DNA of 63,881 nt, filler included, from Octopus bimaculoides (Eukaryota), in NCBI RefSeq assembly GCF_001194135.2. It is 5 parts of 5 records of this genome, joined end to end, with 100 filler letters (N's around TTAATTAATTAA, not from the genome) between each part and the next. Parts side by side here need not be neighbours in the genome. Positions count along the whole stretch, not along the records: positions 1 to 29,418 come from NC_068984.1; positions 29,519 to 47,242 come from NW_026323589.1; 3 more parts are not named here. One strand, written 5' to 3'. Shown here one piece after another: positions 24,095 to 38,218 of this stretch. The position numbers and the translations under genes were made by a program. The notes below the pieces were generated by a model that saw only the letters and a list, made by a program, of their open reading frames with translations, ran no database searches and was not told the origin of the DNA. Position 1 is the first letter of the stretch; the number at the start of each line of letters is the position of its first letter.

Positions 24095-25254
24095 AAGCAA
24101 GTAAACTTAAATTTTGATCAAAGAGCAGATGGTCAGCTGGAATAAAATGCAATTCAAAGATCTTAGAAACAGCACATTGCTATTAAGGAAAAGAAAAAAA
24201 AACGTTTGTCTGGAAAGCGGCTGCCTTTGAATTTGTTTATTACTATAAAATAATTCCAGCTGGATCGATTCTATTCTCTGATCATGTTTGATCCTGGGAT
24301 CATATTTATAATCCTCCTTTGAAATATCCTTTTGAACAGTGAAGGCATATGTATATATTTGTGTTTGTTTGTGTCTGTCTAAATGCCCGAGTGTGTGCTT
24401 GCGTAAATGAGCGTAATGGTTTGTTTATAAAGTAGTCATTCGACTCCTTTGTCATTCAAATCAGCTCTGCTCGGTTTATTAAAATATATTCCATCACAAA
24501 CGCAGAAATTGATTCATAAATTATATCTTGTAAACTAATTTCAGAGAAAGAAATTTTGAAACAACCAAAACTAGAATTTAGGCGAGCATGTCTGGCTCTT
24601 TATAAATAGAATAAAATAAAGCTCGGCTTCGACTGGCGTTCGAAGGCCTAAATATTTAAATTAGGACAGTTATGTTGTACAACTCTTCGTAAATACTTCC
24701 CAGTAAAAAAAAGTCGTGAAGAATTCAGTTAGCCTCTTACTTGTTTCATTCAGAATTTTGGACTTCCGTCCATTTTCTTCACCCACTATTCATGTGAGGG
24801 TCACGGTTAGAGGGTCCTCATCCAAAAAGTCTTTTTTTTCACGATCCCTTTTGATCGAAATTCTACCCCCTTCTTTTCTTTTTTCTTTTTTTCTTTGTCC
24901 CCCAAAAGAAAAGCTCTACATTGTATTTTGTCCACTTTCTGTATTTACCCCTGTGTGGCCATAATAAAAAGATATCTATCTATCTGTCTGTCTGTTTGTC
25001 TACCTATTTATCTATTTATCTATTTGTCTATCAATCTATCTGTCTGTCTGTTTGTCTATCGATTTATCTATCTAATTGTTTATCTATCTATCTATCTGTC
25101 TGCCTATCTATCAGTCTATCTATCAATCTGTCTATCTATCTATCTGTCTGTCTGTTTGTCTATCTATTTATCTATCTATCTAATTGTCTATCTATCAGTC
25201 TGTCTATATGTCTATCTATCTATCGGTTTAACCATCTATTTGTCTATCTATCTA

Positions 25255-25390
25255 TAGGGATAATTCACACAAAAACAAAAGACGAAAACAGGTGGTGTAG
25301 ACAAAAAACAGATGTATTAGTTTAACGCTCGGGAATTGAAAAAGTCTTTAACGTTTCGAGCCTACGCTCTTCCACAGCAAGGAACACGGT
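25255..25390 (-). mobile_element. Hammerhead-carrying interspersed repeat, copy 2
   Basis: Reverse complement aligns to 8288-8415. Confidence 0.8.
25346..25381 (-). ncRNA. Minimal type I hammerhead-like motif, variant core
   Basis: CUUG / CUGUGGA-A / GAGC-GUAG-GCUC / GAAA / CGU-U / AAAG. Perfect 4-bp stem II, palindromic ACGU stem III, U at core position 6. Confidence 0.65.
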
Positions 25391-25452
25391 TAGCGATCTG
25401 TCTGTCTGTCTGTCTATCTATTTATCTAACTGCCTATCTATCTATTTGTCTG

Positions 25453-25487
<35 letters not shown>

Positions 25488-26069
25488 GTGTCTATCTGTC
25501 TAACGGTCTCTCTTCATCTCTCTCATTTGTCTGTCTTTCTCTCCAACCTTTGTCAAACACTTCCTCTCTGTCTATCTTTTTCATGTGCAGCTGTTTTTGC
25601 TTCTCTGAAATAGCGAATTCCATGTGACTCCCCTCCCCTATCATATTCGCTCCCCGCCTCCTCCCTCTCTTATTACTTTATCTCACACACAGACACACAC
25701 ACATTTACAATCCTTCTTGCCACTAACGTTCCATATTGGGCCCTCACTCCATACTCAGGTTTCTTCTACAGGAATCCTCCAACAGATGTTAAAACTGAAC
25801 ATTAACCGCATCAATTTCGCCACTGTGTGAGAACTAGTTACTGTTGAAGCCAACACCATTTTTTTTCCTCTGCTAAAACATTATTTCTAATTTAAGCACA
25901 GGGCCAGTAATTTAGAAGGCAGAGGATCGATCAATACCATGGACCCTGAAACGATAAAAAGCAAGATGGACTCGAAAGTATTTGAACGTAGAATGTGTAA
26001 CGTTGGGGTCAATGCTGCTAAACTTTTTTTTTAATTTAGTTTTCTTCGTGACACTAACGATTAGGCCAT

Positions 26070-26290
26070 TTCCTCACTTTAATAATGGTTCCAAAATTTG
26101 GCACGTTACAAGCAAGTTTGTGGGAAGGGGTGAAGACGATCACATCGATCAACTGTTACCTATATTAACAGCCCCGAGAAAATGAAAGGTAAAGTCAACA
26201 TCGGCGGAATTCGAACTCAGAACGTAAAGACAGACGAAATGCCGCTAAGCATTTCGTCCGGCGTGCTAACGTTTCTGACATTTCACCGCT
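26070..26290 (-). mobile_element. SINE family C
   Basis: CGGCGGAATTCGAACTCAGAACGTAAAGACAGACGAAATGCCGCTAAGCATTTCGTCCGGCGTGCTAACG. A more decayed copy probably lies at 25890-26000. Confidence 0.85.
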
Positions 26291-26689
26291 TGTCTTCTCC
26301 GAAATAATGAAAAGCAACTTTCTAATGATTGTTTCGAAAAACAATAAGCTCATTGATTATTAATCGATCCCTTCCTAGAAATATCTAATCAATGAATCAA
26401 AGAAATTCCTTAAAATGTTTGGTTCGCTGGACATGATTAAAGAAGATCTCCGTGGGGAGAAGGGGGTACTGGTGGACTTGGTCGGCTTGAAGCGTTGATG
26501 ACGCCTCTGGGACCATTAACCTGGGATGACCCAAGCCCCATCAAGCAAGAGCAGGAGGTAAAGTAAGCAAAGGAAGGATGAAGGCCACAGTGCAGCATAA
26601 TCATATCCTAATCTGCCAGATTATTGTAAACGTCTCATTTCCTTCTGAAATGAGACTGCTTCTTAATTTTCTCTGCTGACTTCTTCTTC

Positions 26690-27140
26690 TTCTTCTTCTT
26701 CTTCTTCATCATCATTATCATCTCTTTCTTCTCATTTTTCTTCTTCTTCTTCTTCTTTTTTCATCACCATCATCATCATCATCATCATCTTCTTCTTCAT
26801 CATCTCTTTCTTCTCATTTTTCTTCTTCTTCTTCTTCTTCTTCTTCTTCTTCATAATCATCATCTCTTTCTTCTCATTTTTCTTCTTCTTCTTCTTCTTC
26901 TTCTTCTTCTTCTTCTTCTTCTTCATCATCATCATCTCTTTCTTCTCATTTTTCTTCTTTTTCTTCATCATTTCTTTTTTCTTCATCATCATCATCATCT
27001 TTTTCTTCTTCAACATCATCGTCTCTTTCTTCTCATTCTTCTTTTCATTCTTCTTCTTCTTCTTCTTCTTCTTCTTCTTCTTCTTCTTCTTCTTCTTCTT
27101 CTTCTTCTTCCTCCCTCTGCAGCTAAAACTACGACTAAAG

Positions 27141-27192
<52 letters not shown>

Positions 27193-27210
27193 ACCTACAA
27201 CCACTACCAC
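26690..27210. repeat. Compound (CTT)n/(CAT)n array with a recurring 21-nt anchor, followed by (CTT)n and (CTA)n
   Basis: CATCTCTTTCTTCTCATTTTT recurs four times, plus one variant near 27020. Confidence 0.9.
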
Positions 27211-27427
27211 GGTTACTACTCGCATCTCTAGAACCTCACCACCCCACCACCACTACCCTAACTACTACTACTCATTCTCCATCATCATCATCACCATCAT
27301 CACCATTACCTATCTTCTTCTCAATCTTCTTTTCTTCCCCTTCCTCTTCCCCTCCTCCACTTCTTTCTTTTCTTTCATTTATTTTCTCGCTTTATTATCT
27401 TTTCAATAAGTAAATAATAACAATAAC

Positions 27428-27489
<62 letters not shown>

Positions 27490-28865
27490 TAATAATAAAC
27501 AATACAAGGACTTTCTTTATAATTAATTCGTAATGTTTCTTAAATTTTTAGTTTCGGACGGCGATGATTGCTAAAAATAAACGGATTTGATTTGTAAATT
27601 CTTAAAAGGACGAAACAAAAAACATCCAAAGAATTTTCTAAAATTCTACAGGCCATATAAAAGATTTACATAAAAACCTTTCTTAAAACACAACTCATTA
27701 AATTCCTCGGTAATAGGAAAGAATTGTCCCAGAGTGTCTAAGGGAGGGTGGGGGAGGAGAAATTAACGAAATAAATGTAATGGCGGCTTTCGTTTTTGTT
27801 GATGTTGCTGTGTTGAAATTACATGCCAAATGAATTATTATTTGTGGTAAAATTTGTTAAATTGTTAAATTTGCCATCGTTTTCATGTTTGTCTGCTGAT
27901 TGTATTCTTTGATGATTCCAGGATGATTTTCGTGTAGGTTGTTATTGTTGTTGTTGTTGTTGTTATTGTCTTTTTGTTGTTGTTGTTGTTATTGATGCTG
28001 CTTTTTAATTTTTGTTTGTGAAAGAAAATGATTATTAAAAACTGGTATTCTTCTGCAATAGTTTCAAAATTGTGAAAATTAATCAGAAACGGTTTATTAA
28101 TTCAATTTAGAAATTATTAAAAACGAAAACTAATAACAAACAAAAGAAAAAAAATCAATGAGAAATTAAAAAAAAAAAAAAAAAAAACAAGAACACGGAC
28201 ATAAACAGAAATGGATGGGAGAGGGAAAAGAAGGAAAAGGAAATGGAACAGACAGAAAGGAAAGGGGGGGACGAGAATGGTAGCGAGAGAGAATGGTAAA
28301 GAGAGAGAGAGAGAATGATAGAGAGAGGGAGTGGCTGAGAGAGACGGGAAGCGAGAATAATAGAAATGAATTGGGAAAATGGAAGAAAATTCCTGGCCGT
28401 CAAACGTGCGTGAAATATATATTCTATTTCATTTTATTTTTCTTTGAGTTTCTTTGGCTGGGAACTGAGAACATTTAAGGTAGAATGTGATAAAAGCAAT
28501 GTTAATGCTAAACGATCTTTGCTGAAAAATATTTAACTCTAATTTCATACGTGATTCTTTGAGAAAGATTAGAATTTATATCTAAGGTTAACTTCGAAAT
28601 CATTTCTAATCTTTTAGCAAACATATTGCCTTCGTTCATTTTGAAATGAAGTTTTAATCAACGGTGGGATGAACGAGATGAGTGAAACAGAAAACAAAAA
28701 CAGACCCAAAAAAAATGGGAAGAACGAAGGAAGAAACGAAGGAACGAAAGCAAAATAGCTAAAAGAAGCTTACTTGAAACTATCAATCACAGTTTGCTTA
28801 AACAGCAGTTGTTTATTTTATTTTAGATTTTCGTTTTTGGTGGGCATTTTTCGAATTTCCTCTTG

Positions 28866-28909
<44 letters not shown>

Positions 28910-29214
28910 CATTGGTGTCGTTGTTCCTGCTGGTATTTGCGATCATCTAGAAATGTTTATAACGTTCGCTTCAATTTGATAATCTATGATAGATGTGACC
29001 AGAAAGCTAAAACATTTTGCAGAAACATATTGACTCGGGCCGTTTGATCTTTGGTAAATATTTATCAAACGCAAGAAAACAAGACAACCAATGGAGAAGA
29101 TCGTTGTTGTTGTTGTTGTCGTTAATTTACGATTCTCCGTCCAATGTACATTAATCACACAGAGTGGAAGAGAATCACACGCACGCGAACATTATTATTA
29201 TTTATTTTTTTTTA

Positions 29215-29410
29215 ATCTTTTACTTGTTTCAGTCACTCAACTTCTGCCATGCTGGAGCACAACCATGAAGGATTTAATCGAACAAACCGACGCCAGTATT
29301 TATGCTTTTTTAGGTCGCGTACTTATTTCTATTAATCTTTATTGCCGAACCGCTATGTTACCGGGACGTAAGCAAACCAACAAGGAGAGGAGGAATAAAC
29401 AGACGCAACA
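29215..29410 (-). mobile_element. SINE family A, 3' part
   Basis: TTTTACTTGTTTCAGTCA...GCCATGCTGGAGCAC...GCCGAACCGCTA.GTTAC.GGGACGTAA. Confidence 0.75.
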
Positions 29411-29418
29411 TATATATA

Positions 29419-29518
29419 NNNNNNNNNNNNNNNNNNNNNNNNNNNNNNNNNNNNNNNNNNNNTTAATTAATTAANNNNNNNNNNNNNNNNNNNNNNNNNN
29501 NNNNNNNNNNNNNNNNNN
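29419..29518. other. Artificial 100-bp join spacer (44N + TTAATTAATTAA + 44N)
   Basis: Identical geometry at 47243-47342, 56856-56955 and 62554-62653. Confidence 0.95.
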
Positions 29519-29519
<1 letters not shown>

Positions 29520-29555
<36 letters not shown>

Positions 29556-29765
29556 CGTGTGTGTGTGTGTGTGTCTGTATTTGTCCACCCCCATTGCTTG
29601 ACAACCGATGCTGGTGTGTTTACGTCACTGTAACTTAGCGATTTGTTAAAACGGCCGTTAGAATAAGTTCTAGGCTTACAAAGAATAATTCCTGGGGTCG
29701 ACTTGTTCTACTATAGGCGGTGTTCCAGTATGGCTGCAGTCAAATGACTGAAACAACTAAACGAA
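29520..29765 (+). mobile_element. SINE family A, 3' part
   Basis: GCTTGACAACCGATGCTGGTGTGTTTACGTC...GGCGGTGTTCCAGTATGGCTGCAGTCAAATGACTGAAACAA. Confidence 0.85.
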
Positions 29766-29792
29766 TAAAAGAATACGTAGATATATGTTCAA

Positions 29793-30174
29793 GTCGTGGC
29801 ACTCCGTCGGTTGCGACGACGAGAATTCTATTTGATCCGATCCACAGAACAGCCTGCTCGTGAAATTAACGTGTAAGTGGCAGAGCACCCCACAGACACG
29901 TGTACCCTTAACGTAATTCTCGGGGAAATTCAGCCTGACACAGTGTGACAAGGCTGACCCTTTGAATTACAGGTACAACAGAAACAGGACGTAAGAGTGA
30001 GAGAAAGTTGCGGTGAAAGAATGCAGCAGGGTTCACCCCACCGCCTGCAGGAGCCTCGTGGAACTGTAGGTGTTTTCTCTCAATAAATTCTCACAACGCT
30101 CAGTCTGAGAATCGAAACCGCGATCCAACGACCGCGAATCCACTGTCCTAACCACTGAGCCATTGCGCCTCCAC
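29793..30174 (-). mobile_element. SINE family B, full length
   Basis: Runs from the head GTGGAGGCGCAATGGCTCAGTGGTTAGG to the tail GACGGAGTGCCACGAC and aligns to 1-284. Confidence 0.9.
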
Positions 30175-30625
30175 TCTATTCATGTACATAGTTGCACTTA
30201 GCAACATGAAAATATGAAAATATTGATATATAAATTTACATATATGCNNNNNNNNNNNNNNNNNNNNNNNNNNNNNNNNNNNNNNNNNNNNNNNNNNNNN
30301 NNNNNNNNNNNNNNNNNNNNNNNNCGAGATTAATAACTGCAAATTTTCAATAACGTACGAGAGAGATCTTCCGGCAATCAGTGAATTAAATCGACTGTAA
30401 AAGGTCAAACTAACACGAAATATTAATAGAACTCTATACACGGACATGGACACACACACATATATATATATATATATACACACATACGTAGATATACATA
30501 CATATCTATCTATCGTTGTGTGTGTTTATTTTCTTTTGTATGGATCTTGAAAAATCTATAAATGCTTCTTCCTTCGTTTATAATTACTGAAAGGAAGAGA
30601 CGTACTCAGACGCATGCGCCTTCCG

Positions 30626-30660
<35 letters not shown>

Positions 30661-32192
30661 TATACACACGTTAACCTATGTGTGTTGTGTGTATGTGTGT
30701 ATTTAAATATACATACACTTGTACAGATATGCACAGACATATATTTTCAAAATCATATATTCATACACAAATACACACACTCACACATATAGACACACAC
30801 GCGTTTGTGTTTGTTATTTAATACTGACTTTCATCTTCCCGTTAATAAACAGAGATGTTTCACCATCTAGTTTATCATTAATGAATGCCCGCACTTTCAC
30901 GTGATTTGCGAATTACAGTAGTGATATTTTAATTGGGAAACGTCTTAATATAGTCAATCTATTTACATCCCTTCTGAAAATATTTCTTTGCCCTTGGTTA
31001 CGCACTTAGGCTATGCTATCAGTACATGAATTTTCTTATGACTACATATTTTATTACTGCAAAGACATCCAGATTTTATATGTGCGAACACATATTTAAT
31101 CATCTGTAGCCTCTGAAATCGATCTGCTACAAGGGCAGTCAATTTTAGGGTACATCCCGAGGGAAAAGAAAGCAATACCTAAAACCCGTAGCGGTCGACT
31201 TTCTGCTGTTTTGTGCTGTAGTATCCTAAAGCTGAGGAGAGGTGCCATTGATACTAAGTGTTCTGTATAACTGCATTTGCGTTCTTCATAATAAAATTTG
31301 CATTACGGGGAAATGCACACACCAAACAGTAATTTAAAGCTCTATGTATGCTACACTCTCCTACATTGTGGATCTTGTAGCAGTGAATTTATGTTATGAT
31401 AACCAGTTTCTCGACAGGATCAAGTCTGCTTGTACTTGAACATTCTAGCTAGAAACTTACACTTTAGCTTATCAGGATACGCCACAGCAAATTCTAATTC
31501 TCGTTGGGGTTGGAAGGCTTGTATGCCTCAACGGTCTGAGAGCTCCGCCAGCAGAGCACACAGGTTTGATTTGATAGGGCCTCCCCTACTCGACGTGCAA
31601 CAGAACAGACGCCAAACTAATTAGAATCATCTCACTCCTGAAGTAATTGTAGGTTTGTGTAGAATTAACATCTCCACTTGGTAAAATATTAAGATACACA
31701 AGCTTCGATATCAATACGAGTGTCTTCTGTCAGGGAAGCCTTGATTCGAGAACAGTGCAGAAAAAGAAATTGTCGATGGTCTATGCTCCTTACGGAACGG
31801 AGGGCTTAAAAAATCACAGGACAAAACTATTAGCAACAGACTCAGTGTGCGGGAGGTAATGGTGACCTAAAGAGGAAACTGTTTTAACAGAGGCGACACT
31901 GCTTCACGTATTGAGGAAAAGAAATAAATGATGACCACAAAATCTCCCAATAGCATCATTTGTATGTGTGAAAACAGCGCTTGTTAGGGCATTGGACATT
32001 GCATATAGCACTCTTCTACTAACAAATACAATGCACGGCCCAGGTTGTTCGCACGTAATACACGGGCAGCGTTTAAAGTCGGCAAATCAACAAGTGAACG
32101 CTGGCTCAGCACAAATGATACCATACTCTATATTTAAAGCATTCATGATGAGATACTAAGTTACAACTTTATTTACTGGGTTGGTGAGGTAA

Positions 32193-32414
32193 TACGAGTG
32201 GATTCTGAAAAGTTTCTAGCTTTGGGTAAAAGAAAATAGAGGAGGATCAGTAAATCATGATTTTATTCAACATAATCCCCCTCTCAGATTCAAACATTTA
32301 TTGCAGCAAATATTCAGTTCTTTTAAGCCCTGTAAAAGAACTCGGAAGTTTGGGCTCCCAGTCAGACCCCTCCTGATATCCTTAAAGTTAAGAACAGTTC
32401 AGCATCCCCTTCTA
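32193..32414. mobile_element. Mariner-type MITE, copy 1
   Basis: Imperfect TIRs TACGAGTGGATTCTGAAAAGTT... / ...AACAGTTCAGCATCCCCTTCTA with TA ends. The interior matches 32792-33008. Confidence 0.7.
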
Positions 32415-32418
32415 ACTA

Positions 32419-32459
<41 letters not shown>

Positions 32460-32791
32460 NNNNNNNNNNNNNNNNNNNNNNNNNNNNNNNNNNNNNNNNN
32501 NNNNNNNNNNNNNNNNNNNNNNNNNNNNNNNNNNNNNNNNNNNNNNNNNNNNNNNNNNNNNNNNNNNNNNNNNNNNNNNNNNNNNNNNNNNNNNNNNNNN
32601 NNNNNNNNNNNNNNNNNNNNNNNNNNNNNNNNNNNNNNNNNNNNNNNNNNNNNNNNNNNNNNNNNNNNNNNNNNNNNNNNNNNNNNNNNNNNNNNNNNNN
32701 NNNNNNNNNNNNNNNNNNNNNNNNNNNNNNNNNNNNNNNNNNNNNNNNNNNNNNATCACATCGGCGTTGAAGGAGGAAGAAAGGTGAGACA

Positions 32792-33002
32792 TACACGATT
32801 GGGTGTTGAAAATTTCCTGGGTTTGTGTAAAAGTAAGTACAGGCGGATAAGTTAATTATGATTTTATTCAACATACTTCCGTCTCAGATTCACACAGTTA
32901 TTGCAACGGTCCTTCAGTTCCCTGTAAAAGAACTCGGTATGTTGAGCATTTAACCAGGCCTTCAACAATACTCTGAAAGCCAGATACTTTTCAGCACGCC
33001 AT

Positions 33003-33008
<6 letters not shown>
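32792..33008. mobile_element. Mariner-type MITE, copy 2
   Basis: Shares ATGATTTTATTCAACATA..CC..CTCAGATTCA.ACA.TTATTGCA.C and CCCTGTAAAAGAACTCGG with copy 1. Confidence 0.7.
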
Positions 33009-33041
<33 letters not shown>

Positions 33042-33879
33042 AAATAATGATTCAGATAGAATGATATATTTGAAAAGATGTGACCTGACAATTGTCCTTC
33101 GTATATTATTATCCATTAATGTATACATACATACATATACACACATATATGTATGTATGTATGTGTGTGTATGACGCGGATTAGGAGACCATTCTTTTTT
33201 ACAGTTGCTAAAATGTTTCATATTGCAAGTGTAAACTTTACGGTCGCTAAAACCTTCATATAACAAACGGCTCGATTGAGAATATTTCAATAACCCTGAT
33301 ATTGTTTTTTGCGGGGAATTCGTTAGTCTCTAGTTGTCAACAATAAAACTTCAAATGCATTAATCACTTCCGGAGATAACAGAGATGACAAACTCTGTTC
33401 CTTTCGGTCTGTAATCTACGATTCGCCTGCTGAAGGCAACGAATTTAACACGATGAAATATTAGAATTACCTGTTTCGAAAACGCCAGCAGTCTCCTGAA
33501 TAATATAAAAAAAAGGCGACAGAGCAAAGTCTGAAAATGTGTCCTCTCACAAACGAAGGATGCAATCAAGTCCTTTCATACAACGGTTGCTCAACGATTC
33601 CTACATTAAAACATAAATGTTAGATTGCAGAATCAATATCTAGAAGCATGGACACAAGTACAATATGTACGTTACCTATTATACGTTAAACTGCTCCATT
33701 GGAAGGACGCAATTATTTCATAAACCATGACAAAGAAACCGATAACATGAATTGATAAATAAAATTCTCGTTACTCTTTCGCTTATGAGGTAATTTCCTA
33801 TCCGCTTCTTACTACGCATATCTGACTGCCCGAAACACGTTCGTCTCCGGAAGATTTATATGATATATTACATCCGTAC

Positions 33880-34150
33880 TTAGGCGGTGAAATGACTGAA
33901 TCTTTAACGCGTCGAACAAAATGATTGGCGACGTTGTTTCCAGGCCTTTACCTTTCTGAGTTCAAATATTACCGATGTTAACTTTTCCTATCATCCATTC
34001 GGGTAGAGGTGTGTGGGTTGTGGTTCATTGTGTTGGACTCACAATCATACAATTGTGGTTTCAATTCCTTGATATAGTGACAGGTTTTGTTCATCACCAA
34101 AATACTTCATTTCACATTGCTCAAGGCCACTCAGCTGCGAAAAATGAGGA
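33880..34150 (+). mobile_element. Two old SINE heads (family C-like 33880-33990; family D-like 34000-34150)
   Basis: TTCTGAGTTCAAAT and TCATCCATTCGGG in the first; ACTTCATTTCACATTGCTC in the second. Confidence 0.55.
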
Positions 34151-34756
34151 ACCCTATTTTATGACAAGCATCCAGTCCACAGGGTAAAAAAATATACGCC
34201 ATGAAAAGCGAGGAGAACCCGGCCCTTATATATGAGTGTGTGTGTGTGTATAGCTATGTATGTATATATATATATATATATATATNNNNNNNNNNNNNNN
34301 NNNNNNNNNNNNNNNNNNNNNNNNNNNNNNNNNNNNNNNNNNNNNNNNNNNNNNNNNNNNNNNNNNNNNNNNNNNNNNNNNNNNNNNNNNNNNNNNNNNN
34401 NNNNNNNNNNNNNNNNNNNNNNNNNNNNNNNNNNNNNNNNNNNNNNNNNNNNNNNNNNNNNNNNNNNNNNNNNNNNNNNNNNNNNNNNNNNNNNNNNNNN
34501 NNNNNNNNNNNNNNNNNNNNNNNNNNNNNNNNNNNNNNNNNNNNNNNNNNNNNNNNNNNNNNNNNNNNNNNNNNNNNNNNNNNNNNNNNNNNNNNNNNNN
34601 NNNNNNNNNNNNNNNNNNNNNNNNNNNNNNNNNNNNNNNNNNNNNNNNNNNNNNNNNNNNNNNNNNNNNNNNNNNNNNNNNNNNNNNNNNNNNNNNNNNN
34701 NNNNNNNNNNNNNNNNNNNNNNNNNNNNNNNNNNNNNNNNNNNNNNNNNNNNNNNN

Positions 34757-34793
<37 letters not shown>

Positions 34794-35301
34794 GATATGA
34801 GTCACATATATATCACTTCCATTAAGTTCCTTGTTAATCACTATGCACAGACGAAACGCATTCGTAATAATTGGAATGAAAATTATTCCTTATTATATAA
34901 CGACGTTTCCATAAGTTAATATCACATTCCATTATTAATAGAATTACAGAAATTCTAGCACACAGGAGACGTGTTTTACAAATCCAATAACTATTGTATA
35001 TCCCGTGTATATACACAATAAAATATATCTGAGAACACACCTTGAGCTAATGCCGAAGAATACAACAGTTGTCTGTACATTTCTCAGTCCATCGGAGAAG
35101 ACACAGAGTATATTACATGTTCACTTTAACATGAAAATTAATTTTCTGCGAAAAAAAAAAAAAATACCGTTTCCTGGTTTTCGTTTCTAATCTAATTGAG
35201 ATCTTTGTTAATGGCTTATCATTATAGAAATAATTACGTAATAATTAGAAACAACTTAATCCTATTATATACACACACGCATACAAACACATACATGTAT
35301 A

Positions 35302-35351
<50 letters not shown>

Positions 35352-36535
35352 CACACACAAACAAAAACACACACATATATCTACATATATACATGTAATT
35401 AATTATTTATATATTGCATGATGAGTGAGTTTAGATGCATATTTGTTATATAATAATTACTTATATGTAATATATACATTATTCATATAACAAAACATTA
35501 AAATTATGTATATTCTACACACACATATATGAACGTATTTATTTGAATATTCTGGCGTATATGTGCTTATCTATATAATTGCGTTTGTCCCTACATAGTG
35601 TGTTTATACATTCGTATCCATACGTGTTCATATACGTAACACATATACATACACACATGTGCGAGCACACATACACAACACGCTAATATACACACGCAGA
35701 CACATACGTGGAGAGAGAGAGAGAGAGAGAGAGGGATACACACATACACAGATAGGCATATCTAGATAGCTTCTTGAGTTCAGAAACATGTGTAGAAAGC
35801 TTTGTATGTGTCTACGTATGTGTATTCCTGCCATGTTTGTGAATTTATATACACATGTATATATGTGTAAATGTATATGTGCTTGAATGTAAGTTTATTT
35901 GATGGAATAACCCGAAACCTCAACTTTATTCAGGTAATAATAAACGTGAAATAACAATTAAGTGTCGAAGTCTGCAAATTTGTTAATTTGTTTTTGTTTG
36001 TTTCTATTCAATCATCCAACAACAACTACAATATATTGAATTAAGATTTAATTAATTGTCGTAAATATACAATCGATTTAATTAATTCCAGCAAACTACG
36101 AACTCTCCTACATCACTCTCACCCACGCACTTTCGCTCCCACTGTCTCATTTTCTCTCTCTATTTACTTGTTATATCTTCTATTTTATTCCTCGTCGCAA
36201 TCACCTCTACGTTAAGACCTACCACAAATGTTTTGTGAAAATGTCAATGATCATTCGCGCGACTCTTGTTAAGCCAGTACAGTGTTAGGCAATTTCTTGA
36301 ACAAAAGGAAAATATGTGTACATGTATGTATACATGCAGACAGAGAAATAGCATACACACATGTGGCACGTCTTTCACGCTCTCTCTCTCTCTCTCTCTC
36401 TTATCTTTACGTATATCTGTCTCTCTTGTTCTCTCGTTTTACATTATATATATATGTATATATATATATATTACATACATATGCACATATATATATGAAT
36501 ATACATATATATATTTGTGTGTCTGTATATATGTT

Positions 36536-36591
<56 letters not shown>

Positions 36592-36784
36592 CACTGGTGT
36601 ATATACGTGTGATCTTATGGCTCTTCATTGTTGTTCCAAACAAACTGAATAGTATTAATACTACATTACATAAAACTAACATAAAACCGAAAGCAAACAA
36701 CAAAAATAACACAGCTGTGTTCTTTAGAGCCAAATATTTTTTAAATAAAAGCTTTTGGTAATATNNNNNNNNNNNNNNNNNNNN

Positions 36785-36834
<50 letters not shown>

Positions 36835-37703
36835 CGTATATACTATAGGCACACAAACACGTATGTATATATGTATGTATATGTATGTGTATATTCGTGG
36901 AAAAGCGTGTGTGTTTATGTGCGTCAGAGTCAAGAAAACCGGAGTATGTAATCAGCCGAATCACGACATTTTGATCGAAAGAGCACACACCAACGGATTG
37001 AGAAGAAATGATTAATAAAGTTTAAAGTCTTTTGTTTATTTGCGTTCGAGAAGTCATCAGAAGTTGTGACGTACAACTGCTTTTCATCATGCATCAATAG
37101 ACTTTATTTTGACATTTGTGCCAAAGCACTTTGGCATATGTCTTCAGGTCGACATAAGTTTAGTTCTTTTGTTTATGATCGTAGCAAGTACGACAAATGC
37201 GTAGACCTTTTTTTGTTTTTTTAACGAATTAACATTTTAGCCTTCTCTAATAGATATCTGTACATACCTGCGCAAACCTACACACTCGTACAGGTATATT
37301 AATCGTAAGCACATATGTGTGTGTGAGAGAGAGTATGTGCGGAAGTTTATGGAAATATGTGGGTATCTGAACGATTGTACGTACACACGTGATTATGTGT
37401 GTGTATGTGTGCTTAAAAATGTGACCGAGAAATCCATTAAGTGTCTGCCAATGAAACTTTTCTCTCTCTCTCTTACTTCAGTCATAAGACTGGGGCCATG
37501 CTGTGGCACCACCTTGAAGAATGTCTGGACACCAGTACATATTCTTAAAGTCTCGTACTTACACTATCGATTTTTATTTTTCGCCGAACACACATATTTT
37601 TCCTGATAATGGACTTTTCTGACTGAAATATAAAAAACGTTTTCCACTATCCTCACCTGCATTGTAAGAGGCTCTGCTCCTATTTTTCTTTTGTTTAATA
37701 TTT

Positions 37704-37752
<49 letters not shown>

Positions 37753-38181
37753 NNNNNNNNNNNNNNNNNNNNNNNNNNNNNNNNNNNNNNNNNNNNNNNN
37801 NNNNNNNNNNNNNNNNNNNNNNNNNNNNNNNNNNNNNNNNNNNNNNNNNNNNNNNNNNNNNNNNNNNNNNNNNNNNNNNNNNNNNNNNNNNNNNNNNNNN
37901 NNNNNNNNNNNNNNNNNNNNNNNNNNNNNNNNNNNNNNNNNNNNNNNNNNNNNNNNNNNNNNNNNNNNNNNNNNNNNNNNNNNNNNNNNNNNNNNNNNNN
38001 NNNNNNNNNNNNNNNNNNNNNNNNNNNNNNNNNNNNNNNNNNNNNNNNNNNNNNNNNNNNNNNNNNNNNNNNNNNNNNNNNNNNNNNNNNNNNNNNNNNN
38101 NNNNNNNNNNNNNNNNNNNNNNNNNNNNNNNNNNNNNNNNNNNNNNNNNNNNNNNNNNNNNNNNNNNNNNNNNNNNNNNNN

Positions 38182-38214
<33 letters not shown>

Positions 38215-38218
<4 letters not shown>

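Larger units (their letters stand above)
24974..25500. repeat. Degenerate (TCTA/TCTG)n satellite interrupted by the 25255-25390 element
   Basis: Direct reading. Confidence 0.9.

Noticed and set aside
26715-27045. CRISPR-like repeat/spacer appearance
   Set aside because: The spacers are simple triplet runs, the context is eukaryotic, and there are no cas genes.
29215-29765. Inverted pair of SINE-A 3' halves that could form a hairpin
   Set aside because: They face each other across an artificial 100-bp spacer, so adjacency is not established.
30100-30174. tRNA-like sequences here and at ~230-284, 6020-6089, 17810-17885 and 50220-50290
   Set aside because: These are SINE heads: they continue into SINE bodies and lack a complete cloverleaf.
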